Source: an uncultured Methanosarcinaceae archaeon
Lineage (GTDB): Archaea > Halobacteriota > Methanosarcinia > Methanosarcinales > Methanosarcinaceae
Length of the DNA stretch: 64,000 nt
Assembly: GCA_963833425.1 (NCBI GenBank)
Contig: CAWHXP010000014.1
Coordinates: 1-64,000, forward strand
Direction of reading: 5' to 3'
Part shown: positions 45,086 through 56,024 of the stretch, in pieces
Position numbering within the stretch: position 1 is the stretch's first letter
Layout of the letters: each line of letters begins with the position of its first letter
Notes under the pieces: model-generated
What the model was told of the DNA's origin: nothing
Seen by the model: the letters and a program-made list of their open reading frames with translations, nothing else
Databases searched by the model: none
Position numbers and translations under genes: made by a program

Positions 45086-46096
45086 ATGACTGGAGAACGG
45101 TTAGAGTGGGTCGATGCGTTAAAGGGTATTGCAATAATAGGGGTTGTGATATCACACATTGGACTGTTTTATGATATTTTTGAAAAAATGCATTCTTTTA
45201 ATGCTGTTTATTTACCAGCATTTGTCTTCGTCTCTGGATATCTTTTCAATTGGGAGAAATATAAAACAAAAAAGTGGTTATTCATCCAAAAACGGGCTTT
45301 ACAATTACTATTGCCGTTGTATGCTACAGGAGTATTTGCTTTAATTTTTCAGTATGCGTATTATCTCGCCAAAGGTCATGCTTTAGCTCTTAAATTTTGG
45401 ACTTACAACCCGTTTACAGTTCTTGTACATATTCTTCAGGTAGACCTGAGTTATTATTCTTGGTTCCATTCGGTGTGGTTTTTATCGGCGCTATTTTTAT
45501 GCGAGATAACGTTCTTTTGTATTCTGTACCTTATAAAATCAGATCAATACAGATTATTAACCAGTATTCTGCTGGCAAGCCCTGCGTTATTCTTTTTTTC
45601 TCATACTCCTACGCCGTTCTTCTTTGCTCCGGCTTTTGCCGGTCTCATATTCTATGCAGCTGGGTACATGGCGAGAAAATATAATATGATCACACAATCA
45701 AATTTATTAGTGCTCGTCATTGTTTGTTGCATATATGTTTTTGTGTGCTCCTCTCAAGACGTTTTAGGCGTGTTCGTCTTCCTCGGCAGTAATCATCCGG
45801 TTACATGGTATTTAGGAACTCTTGCTGGTTCTGTGTTCCTTTCGATGCTACTGTTTCATTTATATACTCATAACATCACATCAAAATTCTTAGAATATAT
45901 GGGAAAAAACAGCCTGTTCATAATGCTGGTGAATATCCCAGTGCTATTCTCTTTGCAAAGGCTAGTAGATCAGTCACACCTGCCAATTTACCCAAAGGGT
46001 ATAATATTTGCCTTCACTATGATAACTATTGTAGGAATGCTCCAAATTAAAAATATCTTTAAACAAAGAATCAGAGTAGTACACACTGCAACATAA
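45086..46096 (+). CDS. Acyltransferase family 3 membrane protein
   Basis: ERLEWVDALKGIAIIGVVISH, PAFVFVSGY, WFLSALF, YMGKNSL. Confidence 0.88.
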   Translation: MTGERLEWVDALKGIAIIGVVISHIGLFYDIFEKMHSFNAVYLPAFVFVSGYLFNWEKYKTKKWLFIQKRALQLLLPLYATGVFALIFQYAYYLAKGHALALKFWTYNPFTVLVHILQVDLSYYSWFHSVWFLSALFLCEITFFCILYLIKSDQYRLLTSILLASPALFFFSHTPTPFFFAPAFAGLIFYAAGYMARKYNMITQSNLLVLVIVCCIYVFVCSSQDVLGVFVFLGSNHPVTWYLGTLAGSVFLSMLLFHLYTHNITSKFLEYMGKNSLFIMLVNIPVLFSLQRLVDQSHLPIYPKGIIFAFTMITIVGMLQIKNIFKQRIRVVHTAT

Positions 46097-48514
46097 ACTA
46101 TTGTTACATAGAAAAAAAATCTGAAGTAAAAAACTATTTTGTAAAGTAGAAATTGATTAGCCAAAAATAATGATGCATAGATTTTTGTGTTTCAAATCTA
46201 TATGTTTTCTCATTTCCATGATTATAACATCGGTTGCTCACTGCTTCAAATTTGATGCCCCACTTTATAGTTGTAATTAAATAGATATCAAATAGATTTA
46301 TTGATTTTATACTTTAAATACGTAAGTCCTTTAATGTAATAATAAATCTTGATTTTATTCCAGACTGTTCGTTTAAAGTTCGAATAAATGGGAAAATAAA
46401 ATAACTCTCTAGTAAATGCAGATTTTGTATGAAAATTAATTCTGATGTTCGTTTATTTTTTTGAACTTGATTAATTGTTGAATGTAAATAAGTAAAGTTT
46501 TATCAAACATAACTAACTGGCTGACAGTCAAACAGCAGATATCCAATAGATAATTTGACAAATTTGAATTTGCGCACTTGAACAAAGAGCATCAGCAACT
46601 TCATTACTCTCAACCAGCCTATATGACTGGGCAGTCTATTTAAGAGGTTCCATACTTTTTGTTTATCTGGCATTTGAGAAAACGTCGGAATAATAGTAGA
46701 GGCTGCAAAATATATCACAAGCTGTCATTATCCTAGGTTAATTTAACTAAATTTTCACATACATGTTCTGATCTAGAATACTAAAAAGCAGAACCAATGG
46801 CATCGTCGGCGCCACATCTCACATTCATGAATTTCTCATTGGTCAGTTTATGCAAGTTATTCTAAGCCTTTTGTTTAGCGCAGGGATGAGAATTTCTTTA
46901 ATTAATCAATGATTGGATACGATCTTTTGGATCATCGCTGAGACATTGATTGCGAATTTTCTTTTGGTCTATCAATTACTCAACACCAAAAATTCTTATG
47001 CAGGTTAAAACTGGAATCGGTTTCTTTTTGATTAGGGGCCAAAAAAGCTTTATAACAAGCTCAATAAGGATTTAGCAAACCTAAAAATGCGTGACGAGAA
47101 ATAAACAGCCTAGAAGATATTATAGTAGGACTATACGCAGCTGAATTGATAAATCAATAGTATTAAACCACAATGTCCAAAGTGCTTGATTTCCTGTTCC
47201 AAGTATGTAAGTTAGAATGTTGATTTCATGAAAGTAGTGATTTTACAGAAATTTAGATACACTTCCAGAAATGCACCGAAAATTCTGTAAAATTTGCTCT
47301 CTACTCCTTAGTCTTTTTTTCTGATTACTGTTCCATATTATAATACTTATTTACTGTGATTCATTTCTACATTTATATCGATTAGGATTAACTATTTTTT
47401 TGATAACTCGATGATTCTAAAATTTATAGGAATATACAAATTTCTACCAATTACCAAAAAAGCAAAAAAATAACAAGAAACACATAGGCAAATTTCCGAT
47501 AATTTTTTTCTATCAATTTTAATAACAGTATCCTTAATTTTCGATATGAACACAACCGTTAATAACTCATTTAGTAAAAATAAACAAAATACACCTCAAA
47601 AATTCTGGCATGTCAGCCAATAAATCTCAGATAGATATGGTGAATCAGATGAGGCAAGTATATGAATGCATTATAGGATAAAATTTGACCACAGAGATGG
47701 CAAATATAGCAGGAGCTAATGCGTCAGAAAAAGGGTATTAACAAGTTTGTCAAACCTAATAAAAAACCTGTATTTGAAAACTAGTTAATTCTTTGCTACC
47801 TGTCCCATTTTTACAATAATCCTTAACCAGTGATTATATCAGCCAGGGAAACTTCTATCCAACGGAGCCACGATGTTTAGAAAGTGTGTCTCCTTGAACT
47901 CATTTTATTTAATCCTCTTCACCATATTTTCCTCTCCCCCCGCTTTCCACTCTCTGATCAATGACACAATAATATAGACCAACAAGAAAATCTGGCTGCA
48001 ACAAACCGAAAAAGTAGTTCGTTGTAGTCCAAAAAGTAAAGGCATAGATAAAGGCGTAGATCAATGTTTCCCTAGAGTCAGCCATTATGTTCTGCAATTG
48101 ATCTTCACGCCAAGATCGCGCTTTCTAAACGAAAGGATAGGCACATAATCATAAAAGAATAGCTATGATGGTTCCTGGTTGCGAGGGATCAGGAATCTCT
48201 AAGATGATTATCTTTTTTCAGACTCTTAAAGCACACGAGCTCTGAGAAAGAAGAAAGTGCTACCACAAATTTTATGGCTTTATTTTCGCTCGTTATTCCC
48301 TTGTCTTCTTGGAACACTTCCTGCTTACTAAATCGCTAGATAAGGACAGGGCCTGAAAGAGAGTCAATAGACTAGTAAGACCAAAGCCTATCGGGCTATA
48401 CTCCCTAGCGCCGAAGAACATAGAGAAGAAAGCCTTAGATCGTTATATCCGAAATTAAAATTCTCAAGATGAGAGTTTTTTTGAAAAGAAAAGAAAGAAA
48501 TGAAATGTTTATAT

Positions 48515-50902
48515 CTAAATATTATTTATATGTGCAAAATTACTTCCTGCATATGATAAAACAGGCCTGAAAAGGCTAATGTCTAATGCCTCTTTTAATA
48601 CCTCCTCAATAGTCTCGACCATTGCAAATTGAAGTTCATTTCTTACATCCTCTGGTACATCATCTAGATCACTTTCATTTTCTTTTGGCAGAATTACTTT
48701 TTTTATACCTGCTCTGTGTGCTGCCAAAATCTTCTCTTTTATCCCTCCCACAGGCAATACTGCACCGCTTAGCGTTATCTCGCCTGTCATAGCAGTTTTT
48801 GGGTCAACTGCTTTTCCAGTAATTAAGGATGTCAGGGCAGTAAAGAGTGTCACGCCTGCTGATGGACCATCCTTTGGTGTTGCACCTGAGGGAATATGAA
48901 TGTGGATATCGCTTGAAGTAAAATCAAAGCTATTTGCAGTATTTGCAAGCCGTGATCTAACTAGGCTCAATGATATCTTTGCAGATTCCTTCATCACGTC
49001 CCCAAGTTGGCCTGTAAGCGTGAGCTTTCCGCTTCCAGGCATAAAGGTACCTTCTATGAAGAGGATATCCCCCCCGACAGGTGTCCACGCAAGTCCCGTG
49101 ACCACTCCAGGTACATTCTCTTTTCTGGCCTCTTCTTGGCGGATCAACTCTTTTCCAAGGATCTCTGTGAGCATATCTTTCTTCACTACGTAAGGGATGT
49201 CTGCATTCCCTGACACAATTTTCTCGGATACAAACCTTGCGGTCCTTGCAAGCTGTTTTTTAAGTCCCCTGACTCCTGCTTCACGGGTATATTTTTCGAT
49301 GATTACCTTTAAGGCATCATCTTCAATTCGAAGTTTATCTGCATCAAGGCCGTGTTCCTCCAGTATGTAGGGCAGAAGGTGGTCTATTGCAATTGCAAGC
49401 TTCTCTTTTTTAGTGTAGCCTGATATCTCAATCATTTCCATTCTGTCAAGGAGTGGCAGAGGGATATTTGCCAGGGAATTGGCTGTGGCGATGAACAATA
49501 CATCAGACAGATCGTACGGGACTTCCAGATAATGGTCTGAGAATGTGCTGTTCTGTTCGGGATCAAGGACTTCCAAGAGGGCGCTTGCCGGGTCTCCAGC
49601 GTAGGAAAATGAAAGCTTATCGATTTCATCGAGAACAAATACTGGATTTTTTGTGCCTGCTTTTTTAATGCCCTGAATAATTCTTCCAGGCATAGCTCCT
49701 ATGTATGTCCGCCTGTGCCCTCTGATCTCTGCTTCATCTTTGATACCTCCCAGACTAACTCGAACATATTTCCTACCAAGGGCATCTGAAATACTTCTTC
49801 CAAGGCTCGTTTTGCCAGTGCCTGGGGGTCCTATAAAAAGCAGAATTGAGCCCTGTTTCTCCTTTTTTAATTTCATTACTGACAGATGTTGGATTATTCT
49901 CGCTTTGACTTTTTCAAGTCCGTTATGATTGCTTTCAAGCACACGGCGTGCTTCAGCAATATCTATACTCTTTTTCTCTTCCGTTACCCAGGGAAGTTCT
50001 AGCAAGAGGTCCAGATAATTTCTAACAACGAAGCTTTCAGGATTATGGCTCCCTCCGATTTCAAGTTTCTTCACTTCTGATAATGCCTTTTTTCTCAAAT
50101 CATCAGGCATCTTCGATTTATTAATTTTTTCCCGATATCCTCCGTTGCATAAAGTAGAATCGTCACCTTCGTTAAGCTCTTCTTGAATTACCTTCAATTG
50201 TTCTCGCAACATTGCTTCCCTATGTGACTTGTTTATTTTTTCGGAAACTTTTTTTGCCACTTCAATCTGCAGGTTGATATTTTCTTTCTGTTTCGCCAGA
50301 ATATAAAGAAATGCAAAATATCTTTCACGAACAGAAACAATCTCCAGAAGATCCTGCTTTTCTGAGAGTTTTATCGGCATATACGGCATAATATATCCCA
50401 TAATTTGACCAATGGAATCCATCTTGTCAATTGGTCGAGTAAACTGTTCTGAACCTTGAAAACGGTTGCTGATCTCAAGAATTATCTTTTTTACATCCGT
50501 TGTTATTTCTGCTTGCATTTCGTCATCTAGATCCAAAATATCAGAAATGGGCTTGTATTCAGCATAGAACTGTCCATTTTCCTGGTGTAGGGAAATAGCT
50601 TCTACTCTTTGTACAGATTCTGCAGCAATTAGGTATCCGTTATCAGAGGGCTGAACAGATGTAATTTTTAACAGATTTCCTATTTCATAGAAACTATCAC
50701 TAGATAAGTCTGAAAATTTCATTCCACTTTTTACTGTCAGCCCGATGGCATATACAGATTCGATATTTTTCATCTCACTTAATAACATTTCTCCGGTAAT
50801 TTTGTCAACCAAAAATTTTGTCCGGCTTTTCGGATAAACAACTATTTCAAAGAGCGGTATTACAATGTTTTCTCTGATGTTGTCGGTTTGTCTAGAATTC
50901 AT
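48515..50902 (-). CDS. lon: Bacterial-type Lon (LonA) ATP-dependent protease
   Basis: GPPGTGKT, DEAEIRGHRRTYIGAMPG, LDEIDK, PKDGPSAG, GGIKEK; LON N-domain and no TM insert. Confidence 0.95.
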   Translation of the reverse strand: MNSRQTDNIRENIVIPLFEIVVYPKSRTKFLVDKITGEMLLSEMKNIESVYAIGLTVKSGMKFSDLSSDSFYEIGNLLKITSVQPSDNGYLIAAESVQRVEAISLHQENGQFYAEYKPISDILDLDDEMQAEITTDVKKIILEISNRFQGSEQFTRPIDKMDSIGQIMGYIMPYMPIKLSEKQDLLEIVSVRERYFAFLYILAKQKENINLQIEVAKKVSEKINKSHREAMLREQLKVIQEELNEGDDSTLCNGGYREKINKSKMPDDLRKKALSEVKKLEIGGSHNPESFVVRNYLDLLLELPWVTEEKKSIDIAEARRVLESNHNGLEKVKARIIQHLSVMKLKKEKQGSILLFIGPPGTGKTSLGRSISDALGRKYVRVSLGGIKDEAEIRGHRRTYIGAMPGRIIQGIKKAGTKNPVFVLDEIDKLSFSYAGDPASALLEVLDPEQNSTFSDHYLEVPYDLSDVLFIATANSLANIPLPLLDRMEMIEISGYTKKEKLAIAIDHLLPYILEEHGLDADKLRIEDDALKVIIEKYTREAGVRGLKKQLARTARFVSEKIVSGNADIPYVVKKDMLTEILGKELIRQEEARKENVPGVVTGLAWTPVGGDILFIEGTFMPGSGKLTLTGQLGDVMKESAKISLSLVRSRLANTANSFDFTSSDIHIHIPSGATPKDGPSAGVTLFTALTSLITGKAVDPKTAMTGEITLSGAVLPVGGIKEKILAAHRAGIKKVILPKENESDLDDVPEDVRNELQFAMVETIEEVLKEALDISLFRPVLSYAGSNFAHINNI

Positions 50903-50934
50903 TATCAATCATCCCAATTATAATTTTATTTATT

Positions 50935-50955
50935 TAGTTAGAATTAACCTAATTA
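50935..50955. promoter_or_regulatory. Palindromic operator candidate upstream of lon
   Basis: TAGTTAG-AATTAAC-CTAATTA; same arms as 51407-51427. Confidence 0.65.
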
Positions 50956-50970
50956 CTAGGTTAAAAAAAA

Positions 50971-51390
50971 TTACCTTAATTTTTCCAGAATTTCGATGAG
51001 AGTGCCTATTTCTCTTTCATCCAGTATATCTACCATCTTTTCAATGACCTTCATCAAAGAATTTTCTTCAGAACGAGCTATCATCCGCCCTTTTTCAGTT
51101 AGACGAATATTAATTACTCTGCCATCATCTGGACATTTTTCTCTGTATACACACTCAAACTTAACAAATTTATTAATCATTTCTGTGATTGTGGGTTTTG
51201 AGTTTTTGGTTATTTTAGCAAGTCTGCTAAACGTCACTTCTTCATATCCATCAATGGCTCTTAGATATCCGATCTGCTTCACAGTAATGTCCGACAACCC
51301 ACATTCAGATAGGATCTCACAAGAGCATTCGTCTTTGATTTTTATCAGATTATCAAAAACCGTAAACAAATGCTCTTTATTTGAAATCAT
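50971..51390 (-). CDS. MarR-family transcriptional regulator
   Basis: ITVKQ..YL..I, SRLA....SKPTITEMINK, DGRV..I.LTEKG. Confidence 0.9.
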   Translation of the reverse strand: MISNKEHLFTVFDNLIKIKDECSCEILSECGLSDITVKQIGYLRAIDGYEEVTFSRLAKITKNSKPTITEMINKFVKFECVYREKCPDDGRVINIRLTEKGRMIARSEENSLMKVIEKMVDILDEREIGTLIEILEKLR

Positions 51391-51406
51391 ATTCCTACCG
51401 CCTTTT

Positions 51407-51427
51407 TAGTTAGGGTTTCCCTAATTA
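51407..51427. promoter_or_regulatory. Palindromic operator candidate upstream of marR
   Basis: TAGTTAG-GGTTTCC-CTAATTA next to a TATA-like sequence, 16 nt from the start codon. Confidence 0.7.
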
Positions 51428-51579
51428 TATACTTTGTGGTTATGCCATGTTTTACTCCTTCATCTAATTCATTCATCTATTAAATGTAGTTCCCAAAAGC
51501 TTGAAAGTGGTTCAGTACATTTCATATACAATAAATTTTCGTTTCAATAAATTCAGTTAACTCAAAAGCCTGTATAATT

Positions 51580-52560
51580 TTACTTTAGGATAAGAGAAAG
51601 TTCTTTTTCAAGATAGGGGTGCATTGAAGATGTATATCCATGTACCACATCGCTAACATTATACATTACCTTCGGCTCTTTTGCAAGGGCAAAGGTCTTT
51701 AGTGCTGCCTCATGGGGAATTACGGTATCATTAAATGATTGAATCAAAACAAATTTTGTAGGCGTTAGGATCGGAAGATAGGTATCTGGATCAATTGAGC
51801 GATAAAAACGGTAAGTCTTATTATCGGCTACAAAGGCAGGATCAGTATCTCCAGTGCCATATCCTGCAGTACTGATTCCGATGACTACTTTAAGGGAAGG
51901 ATCAAGGGCAGCGGCAATCACTGCAAATCTTCCGCCATTACTCTCTCCTAAAATTGCAAGCTTTTTTGAATTAATCTCCGGCTGGACCGCAAGAACATCT
52001 GCGGCTTTAAGTGCATCATAAACCATGGTATATTCGAGAGGTTCGAGACCGCTTCTAAAAAGTTCTAGATCCTTTCCCACACTTATGACACCGAGATTGC
52101 GCTGGTCAATAGCAAGAGTTGCATATCCCATTTTTGAGAGTTCCATAGCCAATCCCTGTTCGGATTCCTTTCTAACTGTTGCTCCCGGGAGTAGGATTAT
52201 CCCAGGGAAACCTAAAGAAGAGCTAAAGTTTGCAGGAATTCTTAGAAGAGCCTGGATTTTATCCCCTTCACTTTCAAAAGACAGAAGTTTCAAAATATCT
52301 GAGTTTCCAGGAAAATATACATCCTTTATTTCATGGGTTGTAAATACAGGCTCTTCTCTTTTAGTAAAAGATACGGTACCGGCTTCTGAAACACTCCATG
52401 TAGATGTGCGTTGGGAGTAATTGGCAGGATTGTACAGGACTCCGAAAATGCCTACGGATATTAAAAGAAAACCCAAAATCAGAAATCTGGGTTTAAGAGC
52501 TTTAATTCTTGAAAAAGCGTTGTTTTTGCTTTCTTTTTTTCCAGAGTTATGCTTGCTCAA
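51580..52560 (-). CDS. Alpha/beta hydrolase with N-terminal membrane anchor
   Basis: Nucleophile elbow GESNGG, D.VIP, VHG; N-terminal TM helix. Confidence 0.82.
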   Translation of the reverse strand: MSKHNSGKKESKNNAFSRIKALKPRFLILGFLLISVGIFGVLYNPANYSQRTSTWSVSEAGTVSFTKREEPVFTTHEIKDVYFPGNSDILKLLSFESEGDKIQALLRIPANFSSSLGFPGIILLPGATVRKESEQGLAMELSKMGYATLAIDQRNLGVISVGKDLELFRSGLEPLEYTMVYDALKAADVLAVQPEINSKKLAILGESNGGRFAVIAAALDPSLKVVIGISTAGYGTGDTDPAFVADNKTYRFYRSIDPDTYLPILTPTKFVLIQSFNDTVIPHEAALKTFALAKEPKVMYNVSDVVHGYTSSMHPYLEKELSLILK

Positions 52561-52980
52561 AAAGAATCCTGCCCAAAAAATTGTGGCCAGAAACTGTTCG
52601 CAGGATTTAGTAATAATACCACTATGCTTGTAATAATGCAGATAATCAGCACTTTTTGCTGAATGTTAACTGCATTTTTATCTACTTAGTCCTGCAGAAG
52701 ATTATTGTCCTGTATCTGACCTGTTTGCCTTCATTTAACATTTTACGAATTAACTGTAATTGAAATATACATTTCATAACCATAATAAATTGCTGTAGCA
52801 AAAACCAAAGTGATTATCTGAAAATTAGGAAATGTAACATACTGTTAAATTTCCGGTTAAATTAGTTAGCAGATAGTGCAGTTCTTATATATAAATTCGG
52901 CAGAGAAATTTTTTAATAACTAAGATTCAGCAGGTTTGAATGTAAAATATATTTCTATACTTAAAAGAAAGGATAATTCT

Positions 52981-54000
52981 TTAAACAAGTACTTCATCCA
53001 GTAGGAAAGGTGGGTAAAACACTCCCTTTTCCGTAATTACCGCAGTTACATTTTCCATTGGAGTCGCATCAAAAGCAGGATTAAAGACTTCTACATCTAT
53101 TGGGGCAATTTGTTCTGATCCAAAGAAACGTAGCTCTTCAGGACTACGCATTTCTATTTTTACACTGCCTTCCCAGCCATTGAAATCGAAAGTAGAGATA
53201 GGAGCTGCTACATAGAAGGGGATTTCATGCTCTTTTGCAAGGATGGAATGTGTATAGGTTCCGATTTTGTTAAAAATAACATCCTGAGTGATCCTGTCAG
53301 CTCCTACGAGTACGCTATCTACAAGTCGCTGGCGCATTGCCCATCCAGCCATCGAGTCCGCAATCAAGGTCACTGGAATTTTGTCCTGCATAAGTTCCCA
53401 TGTAGTGATCCTGCTGCCCTGATTAAGCGGCCTGGTCTCACAGGCAATAACATTTATTTTTTTGCCTTCAGCAATAGCCGAACGTACAACTCCAAGGGCT
53501 GTGCCCCAATCCACACAGGAAAGCCTGCCTGCGTTACAGTGTGTGAGTATCGTATCTCCTTCTTTTAGGAGTTTAGCTCCATATTTCCCTAGCATCTTGT
53601 TAGTTGCCACGTCTTCTTCCGCAATATTTGTGGCTTCTCGAAAGGCAATATCTTGGATCCCCTGAATATCAAAGGCATCAGAGACTGCTCTTAATACTCT
53701 GTCCACACCCCAACTAAGATTTATTGCTGTAGGACGAATAGACTTAAGAACTTTTCCTGCAACTTCGAGCTCTTTTACCATTGTTTCGAAGTCTCTAGCT
53801 TCACTATGTAAAGCTTCGAGGGCAATCCCGAAACCTCCCGCGGCCCCAAGAGCAGGCGCGCCCCTTATCCTGAGAGACTTTATAGCCTCGCATAGAGAAC
53901 TCAAAGTCTTGCATTCAATTATTCTGTACTCTTTTGGGAGCAATGTTTGATCTACCAGCACAACTGATCTTGACTCTTCCTTCCAGTCAATAGTTCTCAT
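52981..54000 (-). CDS. mtnA: S-methyl-5-thioribose-1-phosphate isomerase (eIF2B-like)
   Basis: DQTLLP, IRGAPALG, RPTAINL, THCNAG, ETRPLNQG, NKIGTY, NPAFD. Confidence 0.9.
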   Translation of the reverse strand: MRTIDWKEESRSVVLVDQTLLPKEYRIIECKTLSSLCEAIKSLRIRGAPALGAAGGFGIALEALHSEARDFETMVKELEVAGKVLKSIRPTAINLSWGVDRVLRAVSDAFDIQGIQDIAFREATNIAEEDVATNKMLGKYGAKLLKEGDTILTHCNAGRLSCVDWGTALGVVRSAIAEGKKINVIACETRPLNQGSRITTWELMQDKIPVTLIADSMAGWAMRQRLVDSVLVGADRITQDVIFNKIGTYTHSILAKEHEIPFYVAAPISTFDFNGWEGSVKIEMRSPEELRFFGSEQIAPIDVEVFNPAFDATPMENVTAVITEKGVFYPPFLLDEVLV

Positions 54001-54336
54001 TAAAATCACTTTCCGATGTCAGCAACATGTTCTATTAGAAAAATCACCAGACTCTCTTTTAAAGCCTCACATCTAATAAAAAACTATTCAACTCAAAGCC
54101 CTGAGAGACTTGTTTGATCCTTTTCTTAAATTATCCTGATAATTTGAGTGATTACTATGAAATCCTTTTGGAGCTCTCAATCTTTAATAGAAATATAATT
54201 GAAGAAAAAGTGAGAAACAAAGTATTATGGATACCTTATCTGATAGCAAGAATTAAATCATGAATAAACATTTAGCTTTGGATATACAGATAATTACGAT
54301 CTTTTTTCCCAGAAAGGCGAACTTAAATATAATAGA

Positions 54337-54425
54337 GAGGATTTCGATAAACCTCTGATTTTCATGAATCATTTATACGCCATTTATATGCATAATGCGA
54401 AATAAAAAGGTTTATTGAAATCCTC
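54337..54425. mobile_element. MITE family A, copy 4
   Basis: GAGGATTTCGATAAACCT...AGGTTTATTGAAATCCTC with TAGA on both flanks; interior is the reverse complement of copy 3. Confidence 0.85.
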
Positions 54426-54529
54426 TAGATTTATAGGGTAATAGCGCAAATAAGAGAAGATTTAAAACCCATAGCTTAGATACAGGAAAAGTCGTAGTTT
54501 AAAGAATATCAAGTCAAAAATTTCATGAA

Positions 54530-54670
54530 CCCATTTTCCGCAGATGTACACAAGAATGCCATTTATTTTCTCAATATGGCATTAATTTAAAAATTAATCT
54601 GACTTTCAATGAAAAATAGTGGACGAATAGGCAACAAATTATACAATTGTGTGCCTTTGTGGAATGTCGG
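54530..54670 (+). mobile_element. MITE family B, copy 5
   Basis: CCCATTTTCCGCAGATGTACACAAGAATGCCAT...TGTGTGCCTTTGTGGAATGTCGG. Confidence 0.8.
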
Positions 54671-54802
54671 ATAAATAAAATCATAAATTTCAGGGACCTT
54701 TAATCCGTAGATTTAGTCTGTAAATTTCAAAAATTATGAAAGATCTATTATTCCATTAATGCGGTTTATGAAATCAGGGTATTCGTCGGAGAGTAAGCGC
54801 TT

Positions 54803-55903
54803 ATGACAAAAATAAAAATAGCAATTGCAGGAATCGGGAACTGTGCAAGCTCTTTGATACAGGGCATTGAGTATTATAAAGCTGAACATAAAGAATCTAT
54901 CGGGCTGATGCACTGGGATCTTGGCGGGTATAAACCCAAGGACATCAAAGTTGTCGCTGCTTTTGACGTTGATGCCAGGAAAGAAGGAAAAGATGTGGCT
55001 GAGGCTATCTTCGCTCCCCCTAACTGCACAACGATTTTTTGCCCGGACATTCCGGCCACAGGCGTGAAGGTTAAAATGGGTAGAGTTCTTGACGGCATCT
55101 CTGACCATATGAAAAATTATGAGGAAAGATATACTTTTGTTGTCAGCAAGGAACAAGAAGCTACAAAAGCAGATATAGTAAACGAACTGAAGAATTCCGG
55201 CGCAGATATGCTTCTCAATTATCTACCTGTAGGCTCTGAAAAAGCAGTCCGTTTCTATGCAGAGTGTGCTCTTGACGCCAGAGTAGCTTTTATTAATAAT
55301 ATGCCTGTTTTTATCGCAAGCGATCCCGAATGGGCAAAAAAGTTTGAAGAAAAAAATATTCCGATAGTGGGAGATGATATTAAAGCTCAGTTAGGGGCTA
55401 CAATTACCCACCGGATTCTTGCAGACCTTTTCGAAAAACGCGGCTTAAAACTTGACAGGACATATCAGCTGAATACTGGAGGAAACACTGATTTCCTCAA
55501 TATGCTTAATAGGAGCAGACTTGCTTCCAAACGAGAATCAAAAACAGAAGCTGTTCAGTCCGTTCTCTCTCATAAACTTGAGAAAGAAAACATTCACATT
55601 GGACCTAGCGACTACGTAGCCTGGCAAAAAGACAATAAAGTATGTTTCTTGAGAATGGAAGGTCGGCTTTTTGGGGACGTGCCTATGAACCTTGAACTTC
55701 GGCTCTCTGTAGAAGACTCCCCGAACTCTGCAGGTGTTGTAATTGACGCTATTCGCTGCTGTAAGCTGGCTCTTGATCGTGGAATTGGTGGTGTGCTGTA
55801 TTCTCCAGCATCCTACTTTATGAAACACCCTGCTATCCAATATCCTGACGATGAAGCCTACAGAAGGACTGAGGAGTTCATAGCCGGCACACGGAAACGT
55901 TAA
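54803..55903 (+). CDS. ino1: myo-Inositol-1-phosphate synthase
   Basis: GIGNCASSL, YLPVGSE, GDDIKAQ.GATI.HR, QLNTGGNTDF.NM, DSPNSAG. Confidence 0.95.
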   Translation: MTKIKIAIAGIGNCASSLIQGIEYYKAEHKESIGLMHWDLGGYKPKDIKVVAAFDVDARKEGKDVAEAIFAPPNCTTIFCPDIPATGVKVKMGRVLDGISDHMKNYEERYTFVVSKEQEATKADIVNELKNSGADMLLNYLPVGSEKAVRFYAECALDARVAFINNMPVFIASDPEWAKKFEEKNIPIVGDDIKAQLGATITHRILADLFEKRGLKLDRTYQLNTGGNTDFLNMLNRSRLASKRESKTEAVQSVLSHKLEKENIHIGPSDYVAWQKDNKVCFLRMEGRLFGDVPMNLELRLSVEDSPNSAGVVIDAIRCCKLALDRGIGGVLYSPASYFMKHPAIQYPDDEAYRRTEEFIAGTRKR

Positions 55904-56024
55904 AACTGTATGAGAAAATTGTAAAAGTGTTTTTAGCTGAAAATCCTGGAAGGATCTGGGGCTTTTAAATTTTTTCTGCCCCAAAATATTCTTCGCAAAA
56001 TTTGTCCCAATGTTTCTTTACCGT

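Noticed and set aside
41786..47293. Repeated ACCGAAAA(A)TTCTGTAAAAT at ~41790 and ~47275
   Set aside because: Possibly IS ends, but same orientation, no opposite end and no transposase found
46500..48450. Coding-like fragments, also at 1810-2210, 5580-6140, 27960-28770, 31700-32200 and 57050-57320
   Set aside because: Look like decayed genes but no family could be assigned by eye
52635..52676. Imperfect hairpin upstream of the hydrolase, and a GAGGGTC/GACCCTC hairpin at ~39916-39940
   Set aside because: No match to an RNA family I recognise; isolated hairpins are expected by chance
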